Counted from the first letter of the stretch, positions 1 to 12,840 are shown. The stretch: DNA of 64,000 nucleotides from Vicugna vicugna (GCA_013265495.1 MU058423.1:3735061-3799060), one strand, 5' to 3'. Numbers and translations are program-made. Notes: generated by a model not told the origin, from the sequence alone.

Positions 1-879
1 CAAGGTGAGGGAGCAAGTGTCACCTGTGCCCCAAAGGCTCCTGCTCAGGTTCGGATGGAGTTAGGACCCTAAGGGGAGGCCTGGGAGAGACGGGGTGCAT
101 TCTGGGGGGGCCAGCCCAGGCCTGGCTAGATGCAGCCTGACGGGAGTAACGCCTGGCTGGGATGTGCAACTTGGGAAGTAAACTTCATCTCTACCCAACA
201 GTGACAGCTCTAAAGTGGAACAGAAGGGAAGGGAGGGGGCCTCTGAATCTTTCTCGAAAGAAAAGAGAATTAGCAGAGATAAATTAAATGTGAGGGATAA
301 GCGCTACTTCTGGAGGGGGAAAAAAAGAAGGAAAGAAAAAGTACTGATCTGGTCGTTAAAACATGCCCATGCAAAGATGTAGGTCCTCACAGGCCTCCAG
401 GGGCGTGGGCTTTGGGAACAGTGGAAACAGCGCTGAGATCTGCAGTTCAGTTGGAAGAAATGTGGGGACTGAGAGGCTCTTCCTCGGGAAGCACTTGTCA
501 CAGCCTGAAGCGATTGCACAGAAAAGGCAGTTGGAACAGATGCTGTGGCCCAAGACGAAACATCCGTGCTGGTTCAAGGTGGTAGAGATGCCGACCGCGC
601 TCGGTAGAGCCCGTGTTCAGCTCAGTGTGTGAGGGCCCAACGTGGGCCTCAGAGCAACTGCAGCTGAGAAGCTTTGACCGAGAAGCAGGTTGGGAAAGAA
701 AGGTTCTACAGTTAGGGCCCAAGGGGACTGCGGCTGCCACCGCTGCAAATTCCTAAATTTTTAAAGATACCTCAATGCCACTCTCGGAGAGAAGACGCTG
801 TGCACAGTTGGATTTTCCCTCCAGTGTCCGGATGCACTGGGCCAGAATTAACCTGCTCGGAGACTTCTCCTGGTTGAGC

Positions 880-1290
880 TTTATAAAGAAAATTAGAGTA
901 AAATTTATATAACCTTAAGTTTACTGTTTTCACCATGTTTAGCGGTGCAGTTCTGTTGCATTCGTACAGTCATGTGGTTGGGCATCCATCTCCAGAGCTT
1001 TTCATCTTCCGCAGTTGAAGCTCCTCTGCACCCAGTAAACAATGACCTCCCCCAGCCCCTGGCAACTGTCATTTATGAATTTTCCTACTCTAGGTACCTC
1101 ATGTAAGAGGAATTATACGATATATGTCTTTTTTGTGACTGGCTTATTTCAATTAGCTAAATTTCTCCAAAGTGCATCCATGTGGTAGGTAGCATGTGGC
1201 AGAATCTCCTTCCTTTTGAAGGCTAAGTAATAATCCGTGCATGCATGTACCACATTTTGTTTATCCTTTTATCCATCGTGGATACTTGCC
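880..1290 (-). mobile_element. Old L1 3' end fragment (L1MB-like)
   Basis: Antisense L1 3' motifs: ctaggtacctcatgtaagaggaattatac, tgtgactggcttatttca, gtaccacattttgtttatcc. Confidence 0.85.
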
Positions 1291-1782
1291 CCCTAACTGA
1301 GTGGTAAGCCCTGGGAAGTTGCCCAGGGTTATAGGCATCTTGGTGGAAGATTATGTTCCCCTCATTGACCCTCCATCCCTTGGATGCACTGGAGTTTCTG
1401 TTGTGGTCCTTGGGAGCAGTTGAATGGGTCTGATTACGCCAGTTACTGGGTTCTGGGAACACTTTTGCTTGGGAGAGCTGCTCAAGGCCCGAGGATTGAG
1501 TGCTTTTACAGTGTTTCAAGTGCGGGGCCAGTGACTTGCGACGCCTGGGCTCTTTAAAACTGGGGGCGTGTGAAGACTTGAGATAAAGTGGAATCAGTGT
1601 CTGAGTCTCTCAAAGAACTATACTTTCTCCATTACAGCTTGAAGGTCCTAAAACACAGAAAAAACGAACAACTAGGGCGGAAACCCTTACAGTTCTACCC
1701 AGGCATCAAGGACTCCTCCAGCTGAGAGTGAATAGAATAAGAAATTTGAGAGGATGAATTTGGCCTTTAGTATTGCTAGACT

Positions 1783-2309
1783 TGGCATTGGATACTTCTT
1801 GTGCACCACTTCAGAGTCCTCTGCCTGCCTCTTATTCCAGCCACAGCTGCAGTGGCCAGTCCCAGGCAGGCGTCCATGAGTTTCACAGGTGCACGCGGAG
1901 AGCGCCTTGCCTGGGGGCCACGCCCTGTACCTCTGCCGCTCTGCTCTGGGCTGCTCCCTCTCTCTGAGTTCCTGGGAGCTTGCTGGGTGTGCACGCGCAG
2001 CTGGGAAGTCTTGTTGAGTCAACTGGGGGCTGACAGCCTTTGACCAATGGTGCATGGGAGTAGTTGGATGAATTTCCCCTCTCCTCGCGGGGAGGGCAGT
2101 TCAGAGGCGCACTGCATTAGGTTCCTCAGAATGTTGAGTGGTGCTGGGCACCAGTCTCCAATAGTGATGGCTGGCTCAGGAATGCATCCTGTGTTCTTCT
2201 GTCCATCCCCTGCGCCCTCACTGCTGCTTTTTAATATCAATTCTCACGCTAGACAGACACCTGTGTGCCGGCTTTTGTCTCTAACTCTGTGAAACTCAAG
2301 ATCAAGACA
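1783..2309 (+). mobile_element. Old ERVL solo LTR, LTR16-like
   Basis: ttccagccacagctgcagtggccagt near the start, ctttgaccaatgg and gggcagttcagagg internally, and terminal ttgtctc...ctctg...aagaca resemble LTR16 as recalled. Confidence 0.65.
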
Positions 2310-5238
2310 GACTTTCTATCTGTAAGGGCAGGATAATTGGAGTCCAAAATTTAATTCCTTCAGAATTTCACTTTTTTAGACTTTAACTTGCAAGGGAATT
2401 TCCTTTTTGGGCTTTAATGTCTTACTGGAGAACTGAGACTGGATGGAGGAGGTTTGTACTTATATCTGGGAGCGCTCTGTTTGTTGCATTTTAATTTCTG
2501 TAGTTAATCTTAATATTGTGATTAAAGTTCATTGCATAAGCCGTCATGGCCCGCGTTGGACAATAGTTGTAGTTTGGAATCAGAAGGAGATCAGGGAGTG
2601 TATTTCAGCTTTGGGTTCAGCATGACCTTGAGATTATTTTGTTTGATGTCCTTCTCTGGTCCGTTTTAGAACTCTTCTCCCTCCGCTCCTGCGATCCTGA
2701 GAGGCTCCTCAAACAGTGGATGGCACTGCAAAGTGGGGACAGGGCTGTGATAGGAGACTGAGGGATGGCCACACCCCTGGTAGCCCAGGGGCTTACTGAG
2801 TAAGAAAAAAATTCAAGGAAATGTTAGAATATGTGTGGCCTAGTCCTCCTGTCTTCCTGAGGGGGGACTCACGTTAGAGTAACGTGACTGGCTGTTTTCT
2901 ACTCCATCCATCTCCAGCAAAGACGGTGACTTAGCTGATTGGTGATCTCTTTGGGAGCAGGACCTGGGCCCGTGTGACAGCCCTCTCTGGGCCTCTCTTT
3001 AGAATCTGCCTGCTTGCAGAGAAGGTATGGCCTGTCCGTTCTCTGCCATTAAAGTAAGTTATAGGGTAGGCTCCCCCCGCCCAGTCCCCCGGGGGTGGTC
3101 TTCAGTTGTGGGAGGGGACTGGTAAGCCCATTTGGCCGCACACCAGGTTCTTTTCTCCTATTAAAGTTTTTAAGAATAAAAAGCCAACATTTTAAAATCT
3201 CTCTCTCTGACTGAGGCATTTACCTCTCATTTAGTTCTAAATTCGGGTGGGGACAAAGAGTATTTTTCTCGAATGCCCTGAGTTCTCAATGTTGGAGCAT
3301 TCAAGGCTGAAAGGCTAAGGGACATTCTTGTGATGTCGCTGTGGTGGGGATATTTAAGCCAAATCAGAAATTATAAAAGATGGAGGTGATTGACATCTGG
3401 GAGGAAAGGCCTTGCAGGAACAATGAAATGTGCCCCTGTAGAATTTCATTGTGTGTGTGATGTAATATGGTGGGTATCAGTGACCTATAAAACCAATAAA
3501 GGGAACCAAAAGTATCCATCCTTCCCTCCTCCTCTGCTGTTTTGTTTTTTTCTTTTGAGAGAGACCTGATTAACATGGTAATCAGCTTATTTTATTTTGA
3601 CTACTCAGTGATAAAATATGCAAGTTCACTTGCAGTATTACTGACAGCACACTAAAGGAACATCATTTGTTTATCCAAGGGACAAAACATCTTTGTCATT
3701 TCTTTGTAGTTGTTGTTCTGTAGGTGTGTATTAAATGCACGGTACATTGAGAGCCTTTGAAATAATCAAAGCCACACGTCTACTTGTAGACACGATGGTG
3801 TTTGAATATGTTATGGGTTCAGTGCTATGAGATTATCACACACAAGTGCTCTGGGCTTCTTAAAATAAGAGACATGGAGGAAGAGGACAACCATTCCTGG
3901 TCTGGACAGATCTGAATTATTTTAATATTTTAGTTATGTCCCCAGGCTCAAACTCACCACTTCAAGTGGAAGAATTACTCTTCCCTCCATACCTGCTTCC
4001 TCTTCCCTTTCTCCTATTCCTTGCCCTTTCCTGTCTACACCCCTGCTCCTGCAGGGAACGGATATCTCCGTCTTCTGGGAATCTACCCTGTCTCCCCAAC
4101 CATTCCTGATGTTTCAGGTTGGCTCCCTTGTCAAAGAATCTAGATCCTGGCGGGCCTCTGGCCCCTGGCCTTTATGGTCCCATCTGGCAGCTCTTTCCCT
4201 CCACAGCCTCCCTTGGGCAAGGGTGTCCTTGGCCCTGTGCCTGAAAGGAGGGGCATCTCTTTAAGTTGGTTGGCTGGTCCTCCAGTTCAAGGATCTCTCT
4301 CTCTTCTTTAGCATCATTGTTTCCCCATTTTTATTCTTCACACCCCCTCCCCTAACCTGTTCTTCTTTCAGGGGTCCAGAATGGTTACAGCCCTAAAGAT
4401 CTCCCATCCCTGGCTTCCCATGAGGGTTAGGGGTTACGTCCACACCAGACATGCCAAGAAGACTGCAGTCTTGCTCTGGTGAGATAGTGCATTTTATCAT
4501 GTTGGGAAGCAAGGAAGTGACGCCAAAGTGATTTCACTTTTCCGCTTCTTTATTTCGGAGAGAGGGCTACTGTCTGCTGTCCTGTCAGCTTGACCACCTT
4601 GGCCTTATTTATTTGGTAAAACGTATTCTAAATTCTAAAGCCTAGAAATTTTAATGGACTATGTTTAAACATTTTTTAAATTGAGGCTTCCTTATACCAA
4701 TTACAGATGTTAATAAATGCCCATATTGTATTAACAATTGAGACTATGAGCATCAACCTTAGTCTTCTAGCATTTTATGAAGTCACTGGATCGGCCTCTG
4801 AAAACCTTACGGTGAACATTAAGAGCTTTTTGGCTGTAATGCATGTAAGGAGGATAATTATATATTTTCTTTAGCATTGTGTTAACAGGGTGGTTGGGAG
4901 GTAAACAGCCAAGAAACAGTTGGAGGTTTTTCCTACTCCTTTTGCATTTGACATACGTTTGTTGAATGCATTTTACTTAAACGGTGGAGGATGCCTGTGG
5001 CCTAAGTTTAAGAATTACATGGTCCTTGTCCTTGAGAAAAAATTGTAGAGTCCAGCAGGAAGGAAATGACATATTAGTATTTGGCAAGCGGAGGTGGAAG
5101 TGTGAAGAGCAGCTTCTGTGCTGATGTTTGCAGCTGCTGCAGTCGCTGGCCACACTCACTGTGCAAAGGCTGGAGCACTCAGGGAACCAGTTAGTCATGC
5201 ACTGGTTTCATCCCTGCCTTGATAAAAAGTGACACCTT

Positions 5239-5262
5239 GGTGGCGGTGGCGGTGGCGGTGGC
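5239..5262 (+). repeat. (GGTGGC)4 hexamer repeat
   Basis: ggtggcggtggcggtggcggtggc seen directly. Confidence 0.9.
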
Positions 5263-6689
5263 TTTTTCTTTCCGTTTTTTTTTTTGTAAATCATTAATAC
5301 ATATTTTGTGGTGTCTGTTTTTCAAATCGCCAAATACCGTGATTTTTGTGGGTCTCATATGTATTAACACAACTGTAGTGTGAATGATGGAGCTGCTTCT
5401 TGGGGAGGAGGCAGGGCTGTGCTGACTCTGTCACCCTTGCTAGGCGTCCCCTACCTGCCTGTTTGTAAGGCGCGGCAGCCTGAGGGGTCACCATGATCCT
5501 CTGTTTCCACAGCCTTCTGTCTGGTGGGCAGCGTTAAGAAGGTGGTATCTGGTAGGCACACTCTCAGTTGTCCCTTCCTTTGAACACATGACCGTGTGTG
5601 AAGTCACAAGACCATTTGGGGAAGGAGTGGACTGGATGCAGGTGTATCTTTTCTGTGGCTTGGGGTGAGGTGTAAGCCCATACATTGCAGCCTGGGAAGG
5701 ATGCGCTGAGAAGCCTGCTCTCAGGATGTCCTTATTCTCTTAGTAATCTCTTCGGCATCCTTGGCAGCCGTTGGCTTTCTTTCACCTGACATTCTTCTTC
5801 AACTTGAAATTCAGGCTCTGTGCAGTGAGCCACAGCCAGGCTTGTGACTGCTCCCTGAGATGAGCGTGACTCACTCCTGACTCACTTGGCCGGTTTTGGT
5901 TTCCTTACAGTCAATTAAGCAGATGAATCAAACAACCAAAAGCACAAGTTGCAAAGTGAAGCTGTTGACTGGAGGATAGTCATTTGCATGTAGTGTCACT
6001 CCTGTTTCTCTCAATGATCCTATTTTTTTTTTTTAAATCTCTAAGAAGAAATTGTTAGTGCTGTAATCTAGCTCTCTCATTTATAACCTGAAGAATCAGA
6101 CCTGGAATTTGATTTACCTTTTGGTTCTAATCTAATCCTATTCTAATTCTAATCCTATGCACAACTAACTCATACGTTAAATACAGAATTTTTCGTTGGC
6201 TTGATGCAGTTTCCTCAAATTTAAATCATCGGGGTTCTCCACTACTATTCGTAAGTGTAATTAGCATTAAGGTATTCATTGATTACTTAGATTATTTTCC
6301 AAGTATTTAAAAAAATTATGTGTATACTTTCAGGATACTTTATTTAGCAATTCACATTAAAAATATCCTTCCGCTCTAGGAGATTGAATTATGTCCTTCA
6401 CTCATTATTTTTCCTCTTGCATCATATTAGTAGGGTTTCCAAAAGGGACATAAATGTGCCCTCGTCTCTTACATATTAAAAAACAAAACAAAACCAAAAA
6501 CCAAAAAAAAAAAAATCCTCTGGTTTATCTGTCAGCCCACTTCAGATTTAGCAACAACAGAGTTCAGGTACTTTCACCTTTTTGATGTCTCTGCTCCTCT
6601 GATGTTGTGTAGCTCAGAGACTTGTTTCTTTTCTCATGTGGTCTTCCTGCTTGTTGGTTCTCTACCCTCTGGGTACAGTGACTTTTCTT

Positions 6690-7150
6690 AAAACGTTTAT
6701 GTTTTTTGATATTTCTTGTGTGAAACATTTCAACGTCCTCAGGATAAAATCCAAAATATCTTAACTCAACAAAGCCGCCCTGCCCACACTATTGGCTTCC
6801 TCCCTGGCCTCCCTTCCCTACACCTGTCCCCTCCATCAGAGCGTGGCCTGACCAGGCCGCGTTATCCTTCATCTCCTAGTCCCTGTATACGCCACTCTTG
6901 GGAAAGGAGCATCTTCCCGTTCAGACCTGTTGGTTGACTCCCAAATGCCTTTGGAGCTCACACAGGTGATGGCCGTGGTAGATGCCATGCAGTCTGAGAT
7001 GCCTCTACTCCCTGCATCACTGGCACAACGTCTTTGCCACAGCACTTACCACACCCATCCTGCCTTCTCCTGGACTCTGAGCTCCCTCAGGGCTCCGACC
7101 ATCTATTACTCATTTCTGTAACTGCAGTGAGTGAGTGAACGAATGAAATA
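6690..7150 (+). mobile_element. L2 3' fragment
   Basis: caggataaaatccaaa, ggactctgagctccctcaggg and terminal gtgagtgagtgaacgaatgaa. Confidence 0.7.
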
Positions 7151-8510
7151 TTTGCCCTTGTTATTCCAATGTGGAGATGTATTCCTAATTCCTGTGACTG
7201 CAGGCCAACTTTGTGGACTTGTGAGACCCTTGCTCTCTTTTTCCTCTACTCCTTGAGTATTTCGTGGCCCCGAATGTTGTAGGAGAGACTCCTGTGGTCC
7301 CTGCACGGTGGCTGCTGCTGCTCCTCTTTATTCCTGTAGAATTATGTGTTTTTCGCTTCTCTAAACCTCAGCACGCTGCATTTCAGTTGTTGTTGCTTGA
7401 AGTGTAAGCTGTTTGTTTTTCTAGGGTTTTTATCTTTGGAGGAGCTCAGGGTTTGACTTGAAGGAAATCAAATCACATTTGACACAATTGCTTTGAAATG
7501 AATGAATTAGAAGCAACTGCTTTGCTTTGGGGAGCTGTGGGGCACTTGAATTGCGCAGCTCTTGTTGCCCAAGGAGAAAACCTTAGGGATTTATCTTGAA
7601 AGTGGAATCCTTCCAACATTCTCATTGACAAATTGGAGGATGCAGATATTTGCCAGCTGTAACCTGGCTTCATCAATTATCTTGATCCAAGAGCGGTGAC
7701 TGTATCGTATGGTGGAAAGGGTTTGAAGAAGTTTAGAAGCTGCTGTTACTAGTGTGTGATGAGTTCTTCGACGAACTAAGTGCCCTGGGAAGTTCTTGCC
7801 CCTCTGTGATCTATTCATAGCCATGGGTACCTTGTGGTTAGATTTTTAAGGAATTTTTCTTGCAGCATTTCTCCTCTCGTATGCCTCGGTACCCAGCTAT
7901 GTTTTGTTTAGCATATGGTTTTGCCTTAATATCAACCCAATGATTTATAAAATTCCCTAAAGAGGATGTATTTAGTCTGAAATTTTCTGAGTGTCGTATT
8001 TGGAAGTTCTAAGTACAGCATATAATTTAAGTGTTTCTAAGTTTTCATCATAGCTTGTTTTGCTCAGATTTTCTTTCTTTTGGGACACGGAGGTTATTGT
8101 TCCTTTTTTGTTTTTTGATATATAAGATGGATATAGTTTTTAACAGAGCTTTCTGGTTTTGACTTTTTGATTAGAACTATACTTTTCTTTGGAGCCATTT
8201 CTCCTGGGGACACTTCTTTGCCTGAAATAATTAGAAATTCTTAAGTAATAATTACTATGACTCAATAGTGGCTCATAAAAATAATTCCACATGTGAAAGA
8301 CATGGAATCTGTTTAGTCCTGTTTGTGTTTTTCTAGGAGAGGAAAGAATGGCAAAATATTCTGCTCAGTTCTGAGGGGTTTGGTTTAGATCAGCATTTTT
8401 CAGGATTCTTTCCTATCACCTAAGAGAATTTGTGATTCGAAGCTCAGTAGAGGTATATTTCTTTCTGTCTTAGAGATGACATCTAGGGAAACGTGGAGTT
8501 TTGCGTTATT

Positions 8511-8613
8511 CATTTATTTATGGTGAAGTACAGTCAGTTACAGTATGTCAGTTTGCAGCAACATAGATGGACCTGGAGATCATCATTCTGAAGTGAAGTA
8601 AGCCAGAAAGAGA
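8511..8613 (-). mobile_element. Miniature 5'-inverted (twin-primed) L1 insertion
   Basis: Antisense L1 tail (tgaagtacagtcagttacagtatgtcag) fused at ~8552 to a sense L1 piece (tttgcagcaacatagatggacctggagatc...gtgaagtaagccagaaagag). Flanked by gagttttgcgttatt (8496-8510) and gagttttgcaatatt (8614-8628). Confidence 0.8.
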
Positions 8614-9569
8614 GAGTTTTGCAATATTTATATGTAGCCATTTCACTGAATAACTTCAGAGAGTTTATTCTTACTAATTTTAAAGGCTACCCATATTTTA
8701 AAAATGAAATAAACCGGAGAGTTGTTTTGTCCCAAGATAAGCAGATAGGTCCTTTGTGAAGTTTCCTTGAGTCAATCCAAGTATCGGAGTTAAGAAATAG
8801 AGCCTTCTGAATATGGTCATAATGATAATGTCAAAAACCATTTTGTATTCTGTTCAAACAAGGCAGCCCCGAGACCGGTGGTGGTGTGGTCTTACTGTCA
8901 TCCTCACACTGTTGTGAGCCAGGCTTCTGCTAAGGGCCAGAGAAGGACATGCAGCATGCACACTCCTCTCACCAGGTCTGCAGAAGCGTTGCTCTGTTTG
9001 CTGATTAGTATGCTTTATTTTTCCACATTTTTTGAGTAACGGGATTCAAAGTTTATGCTTCAATTCAAGTTTTAAGTGTTTGTGAATGTGATTTTAGGAA
9101 GTGGTGTGGATGAGCCTTTTTTTCCCCCTCTTAATAAGCTCTAAACTTGGAAGTGAGCTAATGAATGTGAACTACCTCTGAAGACATTGCACTCAGAATT
9201 TGAGACGAGCAAATCCTAGAGGACCCTGAGTCCAAGGTATCTTTTGTGGATGAAGGTGGAGTATCAAGTAGTGTCTGGACAAAGGCTGTCTTTTTTTTAA
9301 GTGAAATACCACCACCATATCACTATTAACCCAGTAAACCTCTTAGGCCCTCTCAAATGTGAGCAGTGTAAACAAATCAAGACAATAAAACATATCACCC
9401 CACCCCAAATAAACACTCTTGAAAAAAAAAAACTACTATTTTCACTTAAACCTCAAAATATTAAGAAGTTTTAAAATATATTCATGTACTTTTCACTATC
9501 TTGTTACACATTTCTTTTATACAGTTATATTCTATTTATTGTGAGGATGTGTTCCTCATCATTGGAGTA

Positions 9570-10068
9570 TGTAGTAGTTTCTTGTTGCTGCTATAACAAA
9601 CGACTACAAACTTAGTGGCTTAAAACAACCCACAGTTATTCTTAACAGTTCTGGAGGCCAGAAGTGTGAAATCATTTTCACTGGGCTAAATACAAGATGT
9701 TGGCAGGGCAAATAACTTCTAGAAGCTCCAAGGGCAGAATCCATTCCCTTGCCTTTTACAGTGTCTAGTGGGCACCTGTATTCTTCGTGCTGTGGCCCCC
9801 TCCTCCATCTTCAAAGCATGTCACTTCAGTCTCTGTTTCTGTTACACATTGCCTTCTCCTCTTCTGTCAAATGTCACCCTGCCTCCCTTTCATAAGGACA
9901 CTTGTGATTGCATTTGGGACCTAACCAGATAGTCTAGGGTAGTTTCTCCATGTCAAGATCCTTAATTTGATCGAGTCTACAGAGTCCCTTTTGCCATAAT
10001 TTTATAATCATAGGTTTGAGAGATTAGGATATGCATTTCTTTGGGGGTCATTACTCAGACCCACCTCA
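9570..10068 (-). mobile_element. ERVL-MaLR solo LTR (MLT1C/D-like)
   Basis: tg...ca ends; diagnostic gctgctataacaaa...acaaacttagtggcttaaaacaac and cagttctggaggccagaagt; ~500 bp. Confidence 0.9.
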
Positions 10069-10989
10069 GAGACCTTTACAAGGTCTTCACAGCACAGTGC
10101 CTGTAGAACTGGGTTCCTCAAATCATACTTCATAGTTACTCTGTTATTTTCTTTCAAATCACCTCAAGTCCGACATGTCTCCGCATAGTCTCTTTCAGGT
10201 TCTGTCCATACAAACTACTGTCCCTCCTCCCTTTCTCCCACTGTCCTTTCAAGGTAGAGGCCTTCTGCCAGTCCCTCCATGGTCACCAAATCATAGTTTC
10301 TTCAGCTGCGTTGCCATTTGCTTTGAACACCTGAAAAGTTACGTCTTACCTATTTTGGGTCCTGTGGGGCATTTCTAGTACTACAATGTGCATGCCTTTT
10401 GTTAGCTGTTATGATGAGTTGAAATCACTAACACATAAAACAATGGCAGGTAGAGTAACTAAACTAATTGGCATAGGTCACTGAAACTGAGGAAAGCATA
10501 GTATGGGCACCAGGAATGCCCCTTACGGTGACACATACTAGCTCTTGTTGTCTGAATCAACATGACAGCCCTCAGTGTGCTGTACTGGTTGGCCATGAGA
10601 AAAATGTTTACATGTGTGATAGATTTATATATTTTTAATACAGAACTGCTTCTCAGATGAATTGCATATGGGCAGTGCTTATTGCTCAAAAGTACAAATT
10701 TGAAATAAATAGGATGAGAGGTAAATTCCTGAAAACAGGTCCCTTTTTGTCTGTCCCAAACCCCTAAATGTGAGGTATGGAATTAAGACTTCCATGGTGT
10801 AATGTTGGTTGTTCAGGTGTTGACTGTTGCTGACAGTTGTGGGATTTCCAGCAGATCAGTTAAGCTGTCTGGGCTTCAGTTTCCTTATTTGCTAAATGAA
10901 GGTGTATTTGACTACAATTCTTAAAATATTTTAATTTTTATGTTAATGTCCATGGGCAATATAAAATGTATGCTAGCATAGTCAATTGC

Positions 10990-12170
10990 AATTGAATAGT
11001 CTAAAACTATAATGAAAAGTTTCACACATACACAAAGAGAGAATATGAACCCTTACAACACAGCACCTGGATTTAGCAGTTATCAAGGTTAACATATGTG
11101 CTTCAATGATATGCCTTTTCTCCCCCCACAGTCATGTCATTTTAGTCCTTAAATACTTTGATATGCATCTTTAAAATTTTGAACACTTTTAAACTAGCCA
11201 GAATACCATTATCACATCTAACAAAATGAACACTGTTGTGGTATAATCTAAGTCCATATTTAGATTTCTTAGATTGTGTCAAAAATGCCTTTTTTTTTTT
11301 TACATTGATCTGTTCAAATCTGGATTCAAATAAAGTCCACACTTTGCACTGGATATTACATATCCTACGTCTCTTACTGTAAAGCAGTTCTTTTATCCAA
11401 GCAGGTGACATGATCAATAATAAACCTGGTCTCTTGTAGAATATCCCACATTCTGGGTTTGTTGTCTTGCTGCTTCCCGGTGCCATTAACTTGTTCCTTT
11501 ATTCACTATAGTCCTTTTCAACTGAATATTAGCTCCAGAGGTTTGAACAGATTTATATTCAACTATTTTTGCAAAGATACATCATAGATGGTGCAGTATA
11601 CTTCATTCTGAATCACCTTGGAGGCAGATAGTGTCTGGTTGCCCCACTTACAGACACGCTAAGATTGATCAGTGGATTCAGGTGGTAAGAGCCTCGTTCT
11701 TTCAATGTAAAGTTTTCCATCCTCTTTTCATCAGTTGTGTCATTTATTATTATTATCTTCACCTAAAACAGTTATTTTATTGGGATTAACAAGTTGTGAT
11801 TTTGCACAGTTGTCATTATTTCTTCCGCATGTTTGACTGGAATATTTTGGTAGCGAAAGAATAACCTTTTCTCATTGACTTAGGTATTTGGTAACTCTGA
11901 GGTGTAATTTATATGGGAAAGACAGGAGAAAGAGTTCTTTCCCTTTGATCATCAGTTTTCACTGTCAAGAGTTCTTGTCCTAGTTTTTTCTAGTAATGAC
12001 CAATGAAATTTTTTGGGTGGATAGTGGAGGTTCTTTCTATTTTGTTTTTAGTCTCATTCTGAATTAGTGGGGTTTTATATAATGTGTTTTCATCAATGCA
12101 GTCATTATTCTTTTTGATGTTCTAACTGTCCTATATTTGGCCAACAGAAACCCCTTGTTGACTCCAATAA
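10990..12170 (-). mobile_element. Ancient L1 3' region (L1MC/L1ME-like)
   Basis: ttgtagaatatcccacattctgggttt, taagattgatcagtggattcaggtggt; antisense counterpart of the element at ~57000-57900. Confidence 0.7.
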
Positions 12171-12289
12171 CTTTTTTTTAGATCAGTTTTTAAAAATAGT
12201 GGTAAAAGATACATAACAAAATTTACCATTTTTAACTGTTTTTAACTGAACATAGTACTGGGGCATTAAGTATATCTACATTGTTGTGC

Positions 12290-12840
12290 TGTTGTGGAAA
12301 AATGTGTTACAGCTCAGTTGTGACAGCAACCTGGATCCAGGCAAGAGACCAAGCAGCACTCGGAGAGTTGGAGAACTCAGGTTTATTACGCCAGCGGGCC
12401 CAGAGGAGTTAACACTCCAAGCTCTGGACCCCGTCTGTAGGTTTACACAGGCCTTGATAGGCTGCCAGTTTTATACTTTGCAACATCATATGCAAATAAA
12501 GTATAACAGAAGTCGACCAGCCAGGAACAAGCTTTGTAGGAATAGACCAATCAGGAGTGAGAGAAATAACCAATCAGGAGTGAGCTCCATGCAAATGAAG
12601 TACTACAAATGGACCAATCAGAAGTTAGGGAAGTGGACCAATCAGAAGTGAGAGTAATAACCAATCAGGAGTGAAGGAAATAACCAATCAGAAGTGAGCT
12701 CAGGGAACCAATAGAATTTTAGGGGTAAGTAAGCCATTTCAGAGGCAAAAAGTGAGATAGAGCCTCTGGGCCAGGGAACCGGATGGTGCCGACACTAGAG
12801 TGGGGACCCTGCAGGGTTTTTTATGGGGCTTCCCGCCTCA
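12290..12840 (-). mobile_element. Solo endogenous retrovirus LTR (ERV1-like), 551 bp
   Basis: TG...CA termini and perfect 4-bp TSD GTGC (12286-12289, 12841-12844). Minus-strand TATAAAA (12469-12475) and AATAAA (~12382-12387). CCAAT tandem array in U3. Confidence 0.92.
12541..12715. promoter_or_regulatory. Tandem ~23-24 bp repeat array with 7 CCAAT (NF-Y-type) boxes in LTR U3
   Basis: CCAAT starts at 12547, 12570, 12614, 12638, 12661, 12684 and 12708; six in the context ACCAATCAGRAGT. ATGCAAAT at 12589 (another at 12490). Confidence 0.8.

Noticed and set aside
1..10. caag|gtgagg as the VAV3 exon 1 donor
   Set aside because: Exon 1 should end on a Gln codon in phase 0 (CAG or CAA then GT); here AAG precedes GT and there is no upstream context.
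12286..12651. 121-aa ORF in the LTR
   Set aside because: Non-ATG start, produced by the tandem repeats, no gag/pol/env similarity.
12541..12715. Regularly spaced repeats superficially like a CRISPR array
   Set aside because: Units are only ~23 bp with related spacers, lie inside a TSD-flanked LTR in mammalian DNA, and there are no cas genes.
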